From: Octopus bimaculoides
Lineage: Eukaryota
Direction: 5' to 3'
NCBI RefSeq assembly: GCF_001194135.2
Contig: NC_068982.1
Coordinates: 117,961,956 to 118,003,951 of the forward strand
Length of the DNA stretch: 41,996 bases
Below are positions 23,580 to 36,012 of this stretch, piece by piece (the stretch's first letter is position 1; each line of letters opens with the position of its first letter). The notes below the pieces were generated by a model. The model ran no database searches and had not been told where the DNA came from. It was given only the letters and a program-made list of their open reading frames with translations. Both the position numbers and the translations under genes were made by a program.

Positions 23580-23880
23580 CTCTTTACATCTGTAAAACAA
23601 GACAACATGACATTGCTCGCAGTAAACATCTGTTCTTTTAGTGCCACAATTTTTCCTACATATTGATCGTGGAGGAATTCTGATTTGATTTGCGTGGCTG
23701 TTGGAGTTATCTACAATATAAGATGTCGGGAAAGGAGCCACGATGTGCAACAGAAGGTCTTAGTGCGAAAAAGATAAACATTTTCATAATTTTATGAAAG
23801 GATTGCTGCAAGATAAAGAAATCCGCAAAATTGCTAGATCAAAAATGCTTGTCACATCTACTTAGGAAGAATACTGTACA
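23580..23880 (-). mobile_element. Possible piggyBac transposase C-terminal remnant
   Basis: SIFDLAIL (cf. LLDMAVLN), then PFPTSYI...ICRKNCGTKRTDVYCEQCHVVL, resembling the Cys-rich C-terminal domain. The final Cys/His pair is not evident. Confidence 0.3.
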
Positions 23881-23944
23881 ACAGGGGGAAATTACTCATG
23901 TGATCAAGAATCTAATGCGGTTTTTAATATAGAACTGCTTTCAC

Positions 23945-24180
23945 TTCAACATACTCCGGGATATGTACACAGATAGAGAGATTAAGGTAAATAGCCGGAT
24001 ATAGTTGTCAGAGGTATCCAAGAAAAGAATGATTTCTAATCGATGTATCAGTACCAGCAGATGACAATGTTTCTCTAAAAGAAACGGAGAAACATTCAAA
24101 ATACAAAGATCTGGAAATAGAGGTAACTCGAATATGGAACCTAAAAACAGAAACAATTCCCATCATAGTAGGCGCATTAA
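23945..24180 (+). mobile_element. R4/Dong-type non-LTR retrotransposon fragment (restriction-like endonuclease)
   Basis: With frameshifts: ILRDM-TDREIK-N-PDIVV...LIDVSVPADDNVSLKETEKHSKYKDLEIEVTRIWNLKTETIPIIVGAL, the PD-(D/E)xK RLE signature. Homologous to 25705-25810. Confidence 0.85.
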
Positions 24181-24196
24181 ATAAAAGAAATAAATA

Positions 24197-24240
24197 CGCC
24201 CTTTTAAAGTCTAGCCAGGCTCATGGGCCCGGTTTCCACC
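24197..24240 (-). mobile_element. SINE family C, 3' tail fragment
   Basis: CGCCCTTTTAAAGTCTAGCCAGGCTCATGGGCCCGGTTTCC matches 3231-3275. Confidence 0.8.
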
Positions 24241-24904
24241 AGGCCTGTCAATTACCAGTCCAAACTAACTGCCGGTATTAATAGTCACAACTCTGCTCTT
24301 CCATGTAGGGCCGCAGCAACATTAGTAGCTAAACTAACTGCCGTAAATATGCCATCATGTTGTCTAAAGAAAGCAGTGGAGACAATAATAGGACCTCTAG
24401 GCCCTATAGCAATAATATAATTATAGTTATAATAGTGAAAATATAGTAGTGAACAAGTAAATAATAAGATAAGTATTGTAATAGTAATAGTGGAATTATA
24501 ATAGTGAATAAGATAAGGATTGTAATAGTGAACAAGGAAATAATAAACTAGAACGATTAACAAGTGGCGGTGTGCAACCGTCGAGTCATCAGCGACTAAA
24601 CCAGCAAACGCACTAAGCTTGCTTTGTGAGTAGGGTGGATTTTCGACAACCTACTGGATTAAAAAGAAAATGAAACAAAACTCGACAATCAAACAGTTTT
24701 GTATAAATTTGATGACATTCTCCAGTCATTTTATTCATTCCTCCAGGGTGTGATGTTAATAAACCGCAAAAATATTTCTCTTCGTACACTTGAGCTGGAA
24801 ACGCTCCAGAGATGTTTTTATTTGATCAGTCAAAAATGCGAGTACATTTAAGATTTTGCCTTGAAAACAATAAAATTGTTCTTTTCTCGAAAGTAAAGGT
24901 TTTC

Positions 24905-25100
24905 AAAATGTCTAAAAATACTACAGAAATCACTCACTTTCTATCAACCACACAGAAATGGATTACCACTGGAAAGACGACTAAAAATTATAACTTCTCA
25001 CATGAAAATTCAGAACACATTTTGCTACCCAATAGGTTCCATGTTTTAAGTGAAGATTTCGAGCATGGCCCAAAAGGTAGTCAGGAATCTAATGAGAGTA
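24905..25100 (+). mobile_element. Possible LINE ORF1 fragment
   Basis: QKWITTGKTTK...ILLPNRFHVLSED resembles the W...I-L-NRF-x-L motif common in CR1/L2-type ORF1. Single motif only. Confidence 0.3.
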
Positions 25101-25108
25101 AGACTCTG

Positions 25109-25262
25109 ATAATAATAATAATAATGATAATAATAATAATAATAATAATAATAATATTAATAATAATAATAATTTAGGATAATCAGAACAATAGTTCATG
25201 AGAAGTAATAGAATAATAATAAGAAAAACAACAACAATAATGGTAATAATAATAATAATAAT

Positions 25263-25311
<49 letters not shown>
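25109..25311. repeat. Interrupted (AAT)n microsatellite
   Basis: Two AAT runs (about 25109-25173 and 25236-25311). Confidence 0.95.
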
Positions 25312-25850
25312 TCTTTATCTGACATGCTAAATAGGACTGGATGCGGATACAAATGTTACGGCAAAACAATCAGCCACCTCTTATATATGGATGACCTAAA
25401 ACTATACGCTACAAATGGTAAACTACTGGAAACACTACTACATACAGTACGTGGGTTTACCAAAGAAATAGATATGAAATTTGGATTAGAAAAATGGGCC
25501 AAAGCAACCTTGAAAAGAGGAAAACTACCTAACAAAGAAGAAGAAGAAGAAGAAGAAGAAGAAGAAGAAGAAGAAGAAGAAGAAGAAGAAGAAGAAGAAG
25601 AAGAAGAAGAAGAAGAAGAAGAAGAGTTATAAAACAAATGAAATCCAAACTAAAGCTAGAACAGCAGCGGACCATGATAAAACGATGGCAAGAAAAGCCT
25701 CTTCCCTAAAAGAAACGGAGAAACTTTCAAAATACAAAGACCTAGAAATAGAGGTAACTCGAATGTGGAATCTAAAAAGAGAAACAATTCCTATTATAGT
25801 AGGCCCACAAGGTATGCTAAAAAATATTCAGATAAATACATAACAAAAAA
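25312..25850 (+). mobile_element. Internally deleted R4/Dong-type LINE (RT piece, linker, RLE end)
   Basis: SLSDMLNRTGCGYKCYGKTISHLLYMDDLKLYA...MKFGLEKWAKATLKRGKL, then (GAA)29, KQMKSKLKLEQQRTMIKRWQEKP, then directly SLKETEKLSKYKDLEIEVTRMWNLKRETIPIIVG. Confidence 0.88.
25537..25623. repeat. (GAA)29 microsatellite
   Basis: 87 bp of perfect GAA. Confidence 0.95.
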
Positions 25851-27439
25851 CAGATAGATAAATAAGATAGATAGATAAATAGATACATAGATAGATACAT
25901 GAAAACAATTCCTGTAAATCAAATAAATTGTATCATATATTGAGATTATTTTATAAATATAGTTGTTAGGGATCTTCTAATTAAATGGTGAAAATATGTA
26001 AGTATGATATTTATAGCTTATGCTAAAAAGCGTGGCACAGAAATAATCAATTAATTTTAAGTCAAATTAAATATATAATGTCTAATGTCGAAGAAAAAAA
26101 TGACTTTATATGGCTTCAAAAATTGAATGAGAACTTTCTTTTTATGAAATTTGGGTTAATCGTTTATACGAATCAACTAAATAGCATATATTCCTATATA
26201 CACACACATCTATTTGTTTTGTGTGTACATAAGCCTGTATATATGTTTGTATGTGTGTACAAGTGTGTGGCATTTTCTTGTATGTAATGATGCTGTTTTG
26301 GAAATCAAGTCACTATTTTAGTCATCTCTAACTATCAAGTTGTATTTTTGTATTACAATGGCTATATATATATTGCAGTGTGCCCTTATGTTTATGGAGA
26401 GTAGATGATGTTTGGAGAGATTTCAGAGCTGGTTACAGTACGTCAAGCCAAGATGTACAATCACGTTAACAATAGTAACTTAATAATTTGAAATTACTAA
26501 AATCGTCTATCAGAATTTCCTGGATTGTGTTTACTAGAAATGAATCGGTGTGCACCAATAAAGAATAAAACGTAACATCGCCTAATACTCAATTCTGTAT
26601 TTAAAATGTGTTTTTAAACTCTTACATTGTGATATAAAAAAAATTCAATAAAATATTTCAATAAAATATTTCAATTATATTATACATTTAACAGTAGAAT
26701 TGTTAAGATAATGAAACACTAATCAAAAATATTGTGCAATTTGTTTCATAAAAATATATTCTGCATTGTTCATGATCAAAATACGTTTCTATCAGCGATC
26801 TAAGATGGTGTCTTGTACTTCTGTAGAAATCTGTGGAAATTTGATGTACGACAACGTAATACACACATATGCTACATCCTTCAAGTTTAGATTATTCCTC
26901 AACTTTCTTAGACATCAAAATCGAAAAATATAAAATATTTGATTCCCTCTCAGAGCTCTCTGAAACTACAATCCAATTTGATTAACGATTTCTATAGATT
27001 TCACAATGTTTACATTTATATTGCTATTGAAATAAATATGAAGGTTGTTGAATATCATTTTGTTTTCTTTCTCAGCACAAGGTGATTTATCAATGTAAAT
27101 TTATTATACGGACTTTCTTCTTACTTCACTTCAAAATCAACTACTTTTACATAGGATATGTTTCAAAAATATTGCCATTACTACATGCAGTGGACTCTTT
27201 CAATTAATGTCATATATATTTTATTCGTTCTCGTTTATATTAATAAATTAGTTTTCGTAGTTTAAGCATATGTCGCTCATGATCATGCAGCGCTATGGCA
27301 GGTACGTAGTTGTGCGAATGTTGATGAATGACCTACATGGACGAGACGAACCTGGCCATTATAAATGTGATGGCATAAAGTTCATACGCAGAGATCTATA
27401 CGCAGTCGGTTGACCTATTAAAATTATTACCAAATTATT

Positions 27440-28400
27440 CCCGAAAGTTCTTTCTACAATTTGGATATATACAAACACTGAATACGGAAGCGTTAGAAGA
27501 AATAAATCATCATGGAATATCTTGAAAGAAATTAGAGAAATCCAAATTGTGATTCAGTCCTAAAATTCCGTTTGATATATTTATATTCATTTCTGACATT
27601 CAACAATCCGTATGATGTTGCAACAAGCATTGAATCAGCATGGAGAATAACTCACATTTACATGAACATTCACGACAAGTAATCATTACTTTGCCAATTC
27701 GCCTGTCGGCAAAACTGCTTTCTGTTCATTTCCACTTGCCCACAAAATAATTACAAATTAATGAACCATATGAGCAATGAATTTATCTTCTACAAAGGAA
27801 GTTAAAAAATTGTAATGTAAGTAGCAGATGCATTTAGGTTACAGTAAGGCTTTCAAAATAAAATGTACGGTTTAATATAGTATCTTGTAGGTATGCATAA
27901 TACAATTAACGTATCAATGTTCAACTCCATGGATGTCAGACCTCACTTTAACAAAGAACGTTCCATTTGCTTATATAATCGCAATGTGAACCGGTGCCAT
28001 ACAATATCCTCTCCGACGTAATGTTACACAGAAAAACGTGTGATGTATGAAGATTCATTTGATAATGTTGAAGATATGCATGTGTGACTTGTTCTAAAAA
28101 GCCGATAAAGACTTTACGGCGACAAATAATTAATCGGCGCACAAGTCAGAGAATTGGACTGGTTTATATAGAATATAAATGCAAGGAAAATACCACTATG
28201 CCGTGAGGTCTTTTGAGACTGAGACAGTCTCTGTAGTGTAATTTCTTGGTTTAAAATAGAAAATGCCTGATAAGCATCATGAATTTGAGGGCCACAAGCA
28301 CTCATTCAATTAAGACACAATGGATGTTGCTTAATGTGATGGGTAGTTTGAGTTAATGTGATTTTGTCATCATGTAGATTCGGAGAGAAAATCTGGTATG
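27440..28400 (+). mobile_element. Degenerate Helitron Rep/helicase-linker fragment
   Basis: SIESAWRI then LHEHSRQVIITLPIRL (27629-27705; cf. SAPEA-WRIF-FPLH-S--V-RLPVHL), ER(F)HL and TGAI near 27956-28000 (cf. ERFYLRLLL-V-GA-SF), KADKDF, QVREL. It may extend upstream to about 26780. No termini found. Confidence 0.55.
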
Positions 28401-29846
28401 GAATGAGTAGAGCAGCTGAAACTGCATGAAAATAAATGTTCATATGTATATAAGAGAACTAATTTTTAGTCTTTCTTTATATTCATTATCTAACATTAGA
28501 ATACTACAAAGAATCAAGTGAATTAACGTCTGTTTTTAAGATTTAATGCAACACAGTTCTTGAAATTTTAAAGTTACAGTTTAGCGCATTTTTATTTATT
28601 TAGCGAACGACCAGTGTCTCAGTAACATATGCAAGAACACATTCAACCATCAAATCAATACTCATCCTAGTAGTACATTCTATTTGAGTTTGGTTTAGTA
28701 CAGTGATAGTAAAACAATTACTTTAGTAGTAGTTTGGGTCAGCGTTGATATGTTTCAAAATAAAAACAAAATCTTGATCACTGTATTTTGCATCCTATCA
28801 TTTCGTGTTCCGACCTGGTAATACAAAAAACTTAGGTACACTATGCAAATTTTGAATAATTATGAGAGGAATGAGAGAATATATGTTTAAAAAATGCTTT
28901 GTTATTTGCTCCAAGACTTGATTTAAAATTTAATGAAGTTATATAAAGTATCATTTTCTCTCAAGTGTTTGCCTTGTTTTTGCATCAATACTTATAATAA
29001 CGTTTAAGTATTAGCCACTGTTATATACATGGGATATTGCTGTAGTAATGCTCAACTTTACCTAAACCAAGACGAGATAGCAGTTCCGACTATATAGACA
29101 TAAAGACGATAGAAATCACACAGAACAGCTAATACGCTGAAGCGTTAATGATTCCATTTTTTGCAATTTCGTTGGAATATTGAAACTTTCTGTAATTTCT
29201 TAAACCTTTAAATAATGAGCAGGGGAATCTGAGATTTGCCTTATTTTTTATGATAGTGCTTGCTCATGAAACCAAATAATTTATATGCGACGCGACTACA
29301 ATGTTTGTGATGTGGCACTGAGTCCGTTTGAAAGTATTCATTATAGGATTTATTTCTAAGATAGGCTTATGAGAGAGTTCTTCTGAAGAGATAGTTGCTT
29401 TAAACAGTCACACTCTAAGTTTTTACTTTCTACGACATCAACTGAAAAAATGTTATACTAACACAATGAACAATGCCAACGTTGTTTAATTATATCTCAA
29501 AACAATAGATATTTGTCTCATTTTCATATAAAATGTTTTTCTGGTGTGGGAGGTATGATTCTTTGAAAGACATGCTGTAAGGCAGTGCAATCACTCCTTG
29601 GAAATGTATCACAAAATTTAATTCAATCGCGACTAAAATTCATTAATCATTTAGATATGTTTGTCTCACACATATCTCTCTACTTTTGTTACTAATAAAT
29701 TGTGTTAATTGGTTAAAGATATAGAATTAATCAAATTCAAAAAGGTTTATATTATGCAAATTTTCATTATCTTAGATTTATACAAATTAAACTACGAGAG
29801 AGAGAAAATAGAAAGACTGGAGAAAGAAAAGAAAATATGAGAATTT

Positions 29847-29880
29847 ATTCGCTGCCGTTTCTTAGGAAACGGCAGCGAAT
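29847..29880. repeat. Perfect 15-bp-stem hairpin with a 4-nt loop
   Basis: ATTCGCTGCCGTTTC-TTAG-GAAACGGCAGCGAAT. Confidence 0.95.
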
Positions 29881-30449
29881 TCGCACAAAATATACGAATA
29901 TTTTTTTCAGTTTACATATTGCAAAATTGGTATACAGGCAGTGTACAAATGTAACATTGGTACTTGGAAAAAAATGTTTTCTAACATGTAGTATAGTTAA
30001 TCACCGTGACTAGAATGTGCATGTATTCCAGTGAAGTTCAAATTCCTTTTCCGAATCAATCTTCTGTGGTGATTCATTACACTTACGTAAATTATTTTCT
30101 TAGTTTTCAATGCAACCCAGGATGAAAATACATTTTCAAGGAGGAGAGTTGTAATAACTATTTGTGGATTACGGATGGATAACAACCGACGTGTATTCAG
30201 ACAACGAATGTCATTACGATAAATTATCGACTATGAGGATTTAATCTCATAAAATGATGTTTAAGTGACACATTAACGAATTTCCATTAAGACTTCTGAC
30301 AATTCTTTGGGTGGCAATATGATTAAGTAAAGCATCTGATATCATAGATCCTGCTAATGTTTTCAAGATGATAAGATTCACATTTTCTAATAGCAAAATG
30401 CAATTTCGCCTTTATTTATTTATTTATTTATCATTTTTTTATTCATTTC

Positions 30450-31100
30450 CAACAAATTGATTTTTTTCTTACTATCAATTAGTGACAAATTGAACGAATT
30501 CCCCTTACGGACAGTGACCTTCCTTTTTAGGGCTTCTACTTTTGCAGAAACGATGCTTGAAATTTTCAAGCTTAGATGTTATGTAGCAAGCTTCGCCTCA
30601 AAACATATTGCCTTCACATCATTCTTATTCAGTATAAAACACGGACAGTTCACTTTTTGGAATATAGAAATTTTAACGAACACTTCTGCGTAAGCCCATG
30701 CAAATAAACGAAAGAACCATATGATATGTAGTATTATCGTAGCCAGATTGAAACATTTTGCATGCATTAAAGCGATTTGCACAATTCTGATTCTTTCAGT
30801 TACACTAACGGTGGATACTTAAGATTTCTACATCATAGCTGGAAGATATTCTCTAGTTGCAATGACTTAACTACTTCAAGATAACTTTTCCTTTTATGAG
30901 AATTCTTCAAATATGGTGCGAATATGTTGCCTGCAGAGGCTCTAGTTTTAGTATTCCATAAATGATATTTCTTTTCTAACTTTTGCTGCTGAAACAATAA
31001 ATAGAGAGAAAAAACATTTTGGTTCTACGTTTAGCTTTGCCATCAGCTGGTATCGCAGAATCATGGATGTCCAAGTTTTATAGTGTCATTAGACGAAGGA
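30450..31100 (-). mobile_element. Probable degenerate hAT (Charlie/Buster-like) transposase fragment
   Basis: In order: EPLQAT, LPAMM...STVSV, ILHIIWFFR (cf. LLHTEVRWLSR), EAKLA (cf. WLAKLAYL), LSLK...AKVEALKRKV (cf. LNLSLQG...KIEAFKRKL). Weak per-motif identity but collinear. Confidence 0.4.
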
Positions 31101-32222
31101 AACTGCAGGAGTATAAAGTGAAAAAATCGTCCGCCTCCGTCTGCTCTTTCTTTCCCTTAAGGAAGTTATGTCCTCATCTAGGTGAAGAGATTTTTCTATT
31201 CCTAGTATTTCTTAATTTTCACTCTCTCTTTATTTTTAAACATGTATGGTTACTTTTTCTGGATTGCCACGCCATGTTTTTGAGATTTAGCAAATAATTG
31301 AAAAAACTCCAAATAATTGAAGATAACTGAAGAAACGACAAATCCAGTAGTGTACTCCGAAATATGGTCTTATAGATTGTTGTTATATATTACACATTCA
31401 ACTTTATAGTTTGAGCTCTTATGAAAGATGAATTTAGTAACTGTATTTCCTATTGCGAGTGGAGCACCTTTTACTCATATGAAGGACCATCATCTGTAGT
31501 ATACGTTTAAACATTTCAAAGTTTATGACCAAGAGTTATCTCGTAACTCTTTGACAGTAATTTGACTTCCGAACACAATTTTTAATGAATAAAGCGTGTG
31601 TTATTTCGTTTGGTCAAAGATCCCATAGGATCGGTTTACCCTGCAAGAACGTATCAGGACCAGAGTTAGAATATCCACGTTTACCAAATCAAACTTGAGA
31701 ATGACTATTATCAATTAACTAAAAAAATGCATGAAAAAAACATACTCTAGCATTTAATCATATCTTTCATATAACTAGACGTGTCGGGATGTTGTTATAA
31801 AGACAGCTTGAACATGTTAGATAATTCTCTATCGAATAAAAGGCAGCGGTCTTTCTTTAAACATCATCGTTAAAGTTAAGATGGGAGATTGTCAGTATAT
31901 TCCTCAGCATGTGCTTAAATGCGTCTATGGAACTCAAACTAACTTGCGCTTACATAAGCTGACTTTATCTATCTAACACATATAAACACTCACACGTATA
32001 AATGCATACATACAAAGGTACACACACACACACATACACACAGAGGCATTCACACACACATATACATGTACACACACATATACAAGTATATATANNNNNN
32101 NNNNNNNNNNNNNNNNNNNNNNNNNNNNNNNNNNNNNNNNNNNNNNNNNNNNNNNNNNNNNNNNNNNNNNNNNNNNNNNNNNNNNNNNNNNNNNNNNNNN
32201 NNNNNNNNNNNNNNNNNNNNNN

Positions 32223-32252
<30 letters not shown>

Positions 32253-32254
<2 letters not shown>

Positions 32255-32720
32255 ATAGATAGATAGATAGACCACTGTATTTCAGTATCGGCTAAGCCAT
32301 CAGATGTCGTTACACAACTGGTCAGAATGTACTTCTAATGTTTTCTTGATTGCGCCGTTGTTTTCCATCTTGACCCAAATTACTATACCAAATCTACTTG
32401 CCATTGTCGTAGAGGCCTTCTAAGTGGCCGTTTCCGATCTATTGGATACCAATAGAAACTGCACGGTTCCATGTGTTGTAATGTATCCATCTCGGCGGGG
32501 ATTTTGTTTCCGGTTTTCTGAGATCACATCGTTCACTCTTCTACGTTCTCGAATTGTCTCATTTCCTATGTGATCACTTAATGATATTCCTGACATGGAT
32601 CTGTCCATAACCCATGGCGTTGCAGCCAATCAACATTTTATTGTCTTCGTAGGAACACGTGCATGTAGGACGGTGATATTCAAGAGGTGATATTCCACTC
32701 GGGAGAACTATATATATTTG
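32253..32720 (-). mobile_element. RTE-clade LINE 3' end with (ATCT)n tail
   Basis: VMDRSMSGISLSDHIGNETIRERRRVNDVIS matches the RTE post-RT motif AMERSMLGISLRDHIRNE-IR-RT-V-DVI. A short tetranucleotide tail follows at 32253-32271. Confidence 0.8.
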
Positions 32721-32899
32721 CATGATCAAAGAGATTCCAACGAGGTCTGGTGTTCGTGTGTGTTGGAGAGAATTATTGATAAAAGAAGGAATAAAGTGAA
32801 CTTGCAGTGAAGTTTGAAAATCCAATGTTTTGGATTGTGTTTTCCACGGGGAAATTTTGAAACGGGAGAAATAATTGAGTGAAATAATTGAGAGAAGGT

Positions 32900-34140
32900 G
32901 GGGGGTATTAGAAAAGTAAATGTAACTGATAGAGAACACTGACCATATGAGCTTCTTTTATGAAGAGGAAGGCTTAGGATAAACTGCGTGAGAATGAAGA
33001 GGGAGGGGTTGTATAATGGGATGTGGAGGCGTGGGGGAACGGCGGGAGTGAGTTGAAAGGGATATGTGTGTGAGAAGCAAGTTGAAGGATAAAAATGTTT
33101 TAATGAAATAAGAAGTGACGTAGGGCTAGAAAGAAAAACGACTATTCAGACCTATTGGGCACATGATACTACGTACGAATACAAAACATTCTTCCCTACG
33201 TGTCCTTCAGAGTTGATCCATGGTTTGCAGTGATGCCAAACATTCATAAGAGTGTCAGAACATGGCCAGCGGTACTGAAGTGAGAAGTGACAGGATGGCC
33301 TGGCATATATAGTAGTATCTTTCGTATATTATTCCAAAAGCGATCAGCAAGGCATAGGCCTGTCTCTCCAATATAAAGGGCGCAGCGAAGTTTGAATACA
33401 GTGAGATGTATAAGGTTAACCGATTTGGATTTGGAACCAAGGTTCAGAGTACCATATTGTGCTTTGGGTCCAGTGATGGTAGTAATACTCTTTAAGCAAG
33501 TGCAGATGTTGCTTTATCGGCAAGCGCATATAAAATGCTTCAATATATGGGGCTAGGAGCTGTGACACTTCTTACTAGGAGATTTTCAAGCTTGTTTTTT
33601 TTATATTCTTCCAAGCGAAGGGAGCGGATGGGGAAAAGATGGAAGTGGTTTTGAGGTCAGAAAGTAGAATATGGAAGTTTCAGATGAATTTATCTTTCAA
33701 TAACAGAACGAACGGATGAAATTTGCAGAGGGTGGAATACGGTATGTAGACTGCATAGAGGCGGTTGAAGAGTGGACATGCTGTCGATAGTCTGATTCTC
33801 GTGGGTGCCGGGACAACACTGTCATCGAAGATACCCTCGATTCGAGAAGAATCTTTACAATGCTAGGCATTGGAATACGAAGTCTACATCTTTGCAGCAG
33901 AACTGGCGAGGGCAGCGCCGAGAGAGTATAGTGGTAGATAGATGAATATTGGTTATGGTGATAGATCTGTCGGGAAACTTAATAAAATTTTTGGATACGG
34001 TGGAAATAAATTTCAAGGCAGGCTGAAAAGGAGTGAATTGTTAAGCGAAGGTCTGGTAAGAAAGATCGCACTGAGACAATTGTCAGTATATAACGCTACA
34101 GTCGGAAAATAGAATGGATGGAAGGCAAAGTGTTTTCTTT
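32900..34140 (-). mobile_element. Penelope-like element 3' half (RT thumb, GIY-YIG, pyrimidine-rich tail), degenerate
   Basis: CCKDVDFVFQC...FFSNRGY, SITTITGPK, and NLIHL...ALYIGETGLCLADRF...PGHPVTSHFSTAGH. Confidence 0.85.
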
Positions 34141-34165
34141 TTAACTTAATATTTTGATACATCAA

Positions 34166-34380
34166 AAGGCGGTGAGCTAGCAGAATCATTACCGCGCCTG
34201 ATAAAATGCTTAGCTACATTTTGACCGTCTTTACATTCTGAGTTAAAATTCCGTCGATGATGACTTTGCCTTTCAGCCAATTCAAATGGATGAAATGTGC
34301 ATCATGTGAGCGCTAGGGTGGATATAATCGGTTTACCCCATCCCCAATATTGTTGGCCTTGCGCAAAAAATTGAAAGTAA
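34166..34380 (+). mobile_element. SINE family B
   Basis: Head AAGGCGGTGAGCTAGCAGAATC, B-box-like TCTGAGTTAAAATTCC, GACTTTGCCTTTCA; the reverse-orientation homologue of 3550-3748. Confidence 0.75.
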
Positions 34381-34859
34381 TATTTTATTTCATTTAGTAT
34401 TGAGAGTGATACTTTGATTGACGATTTGAAAGCTATGTGTGAGTTAACATATAATCAAATATTACGCCACAAAATAAATTGATTCAACCGCACACGCACA
34501 TAGATAACTCACGCATAAAAACATACAAACGTAAGAAAAGTACTTCAATTGCCAAAGAAAAATGTATTTACTGTTCAACTGTCGCTTTTAGTTTTGCATT
34601 ATATAAATTTATGATCTCATTGGCTCCTCCATTTTCATCCAAAACATTAGATTAAATTTAGGAAATGCATTCCCTCGAAATTAGATCAATGTAGGCAGCA
34701 GATAAGAAATTATATCAAATCTGAATCTGAAAGAACATGCAAATAGTTAACGTACTACCCACTTTAGGAGAAATATAAGTTTATGTTGAGAATATACATA
34801 AGTATATGTGTAAATTGAATCCTTCAATTATCATGTTTCATTCATACATTGCTCTTCCC

Positions 34860-36012
34860 TTCTACTAGAGTTTCTAAATAATATACGCATTTTAAGCTTC
34901 AAAATATCACACATCCTATATTTCTTCATACACCAATGTACTATGACGCTGAATACAGCATGGACAAAAATAATATTTGCACAATTTCCTTATTACAGTT
35001 CAAGCTAGGCCGAAAAGCTGCTAGAAACAGCTCACGATATCAACGATGTGTTTGGCCCAGGAACCACAAATGAACGTGCAGCGCAATGGTGGTTCAAGAA
35101 ATTTCGTAATGATGACGAGAGTCTTGAAGATGATAAGCGTAGTGGTCAGCCATCGGATGTTGACAGCGACCAACTAAGAGCCTTAGTGGAAGCCAATCCA
35201 CGCACAACTGTTCGAGAGCTTGCTTCTGAATTAGATGTAAAGTATACGACAATTTCCAACGACATGAAAGAGAATGGAAAGACAAAAATACTTGAAAAAT
35301 GGGTGCCGCACGAATTGAACGTCAACCAAAAACAAAAAAAAAAAAACGTCGTTTTGAAGTGTCGCCTTCGCTTCTTTTACGCAACAAGAACGACCCGTTT
35401 CTCGACCGGATTGTGATTTACGATGAAAAGTGGATTGTTTACGACAACCGACGACGCTCAGCTCAGTGGTTGGACGCCGACGAAGCTCCTCGCCACTTCG
35501 CGAAGCCAAAGTTGCACCAAAAGAAGGTCACGGTTACTGTTTGGGGGTCTGCGGACGGTCTCATCCAACACGGCTTTTTGGATCCAGGTGAAATGCATAG
35601 GAAACTCCGACAGCAACAGGCAGCCAGTATTGGTCAATAGAAAAGGACCAATTCTTCTCCACGACAATGCATGGCCGCGCGTCGCTCAACTGACCTTGCA
35701 GAAATTGAAGGAAATGGGCAACGAAATTCGGCCTCATCCGCCATGCTCACTAGTCCCCTCACCTACCGACTACCACTATTTCAAGCATCTCGACAACTTT
35801 CTGCGTAAGAAATGCTTCAAAAACCAAGACGATGCCAAATGTGCCTTCAACGACTCCATCGCTACCAGAACGTAGGGGTTTACGCTACTGGCATAAATAA
35901 ACTTGTTTCGCGTTGGTAAATGTTTGTTGATTCTGATGGTGTTTGCTTGAGCCGAGATGTGTGCATCTGAATTTAAAGGTTCAAAACCGCAAGAAGTTTC
36001 TTGACAACATAA
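34860..36012 (+). mobile_element. Mariner element, Hsmar1/cecropia-like, pseudogenised transposase about 34960-35960
   Basis: QFKLGRKAA...QWWFKKFR, WVPHEL, FLDRIVIYDEKWIVYDN, PKLHQKK, GPILLHDNA, SPTDYHYFKHLDNFL. Right TIR AAAACCGCAAGAAGTTTCTTGACAACATAA followed by TA (36013-14). Several frameshifts and an internal deletion; left TIR not identified. Confidence 0.92.

Noticed and set aside
24575-24650. Minus-strand GAAA and CTGATGA in type II order
   Set aside because: Stem I has no room to form and stem II needs a 3-nt insertion.
28825-29000. TTAGGTACACT segment reminiscent of a Tc1 terminal region
   Set aside because: No matching second TIR or transposase found.
30125-30215. HFQGGEL**LFVD resembling Helitron GG-LFQQ-VD
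   Set aside because: Single short motif, out of order relative to the 27.4-28.4 kb fragment.
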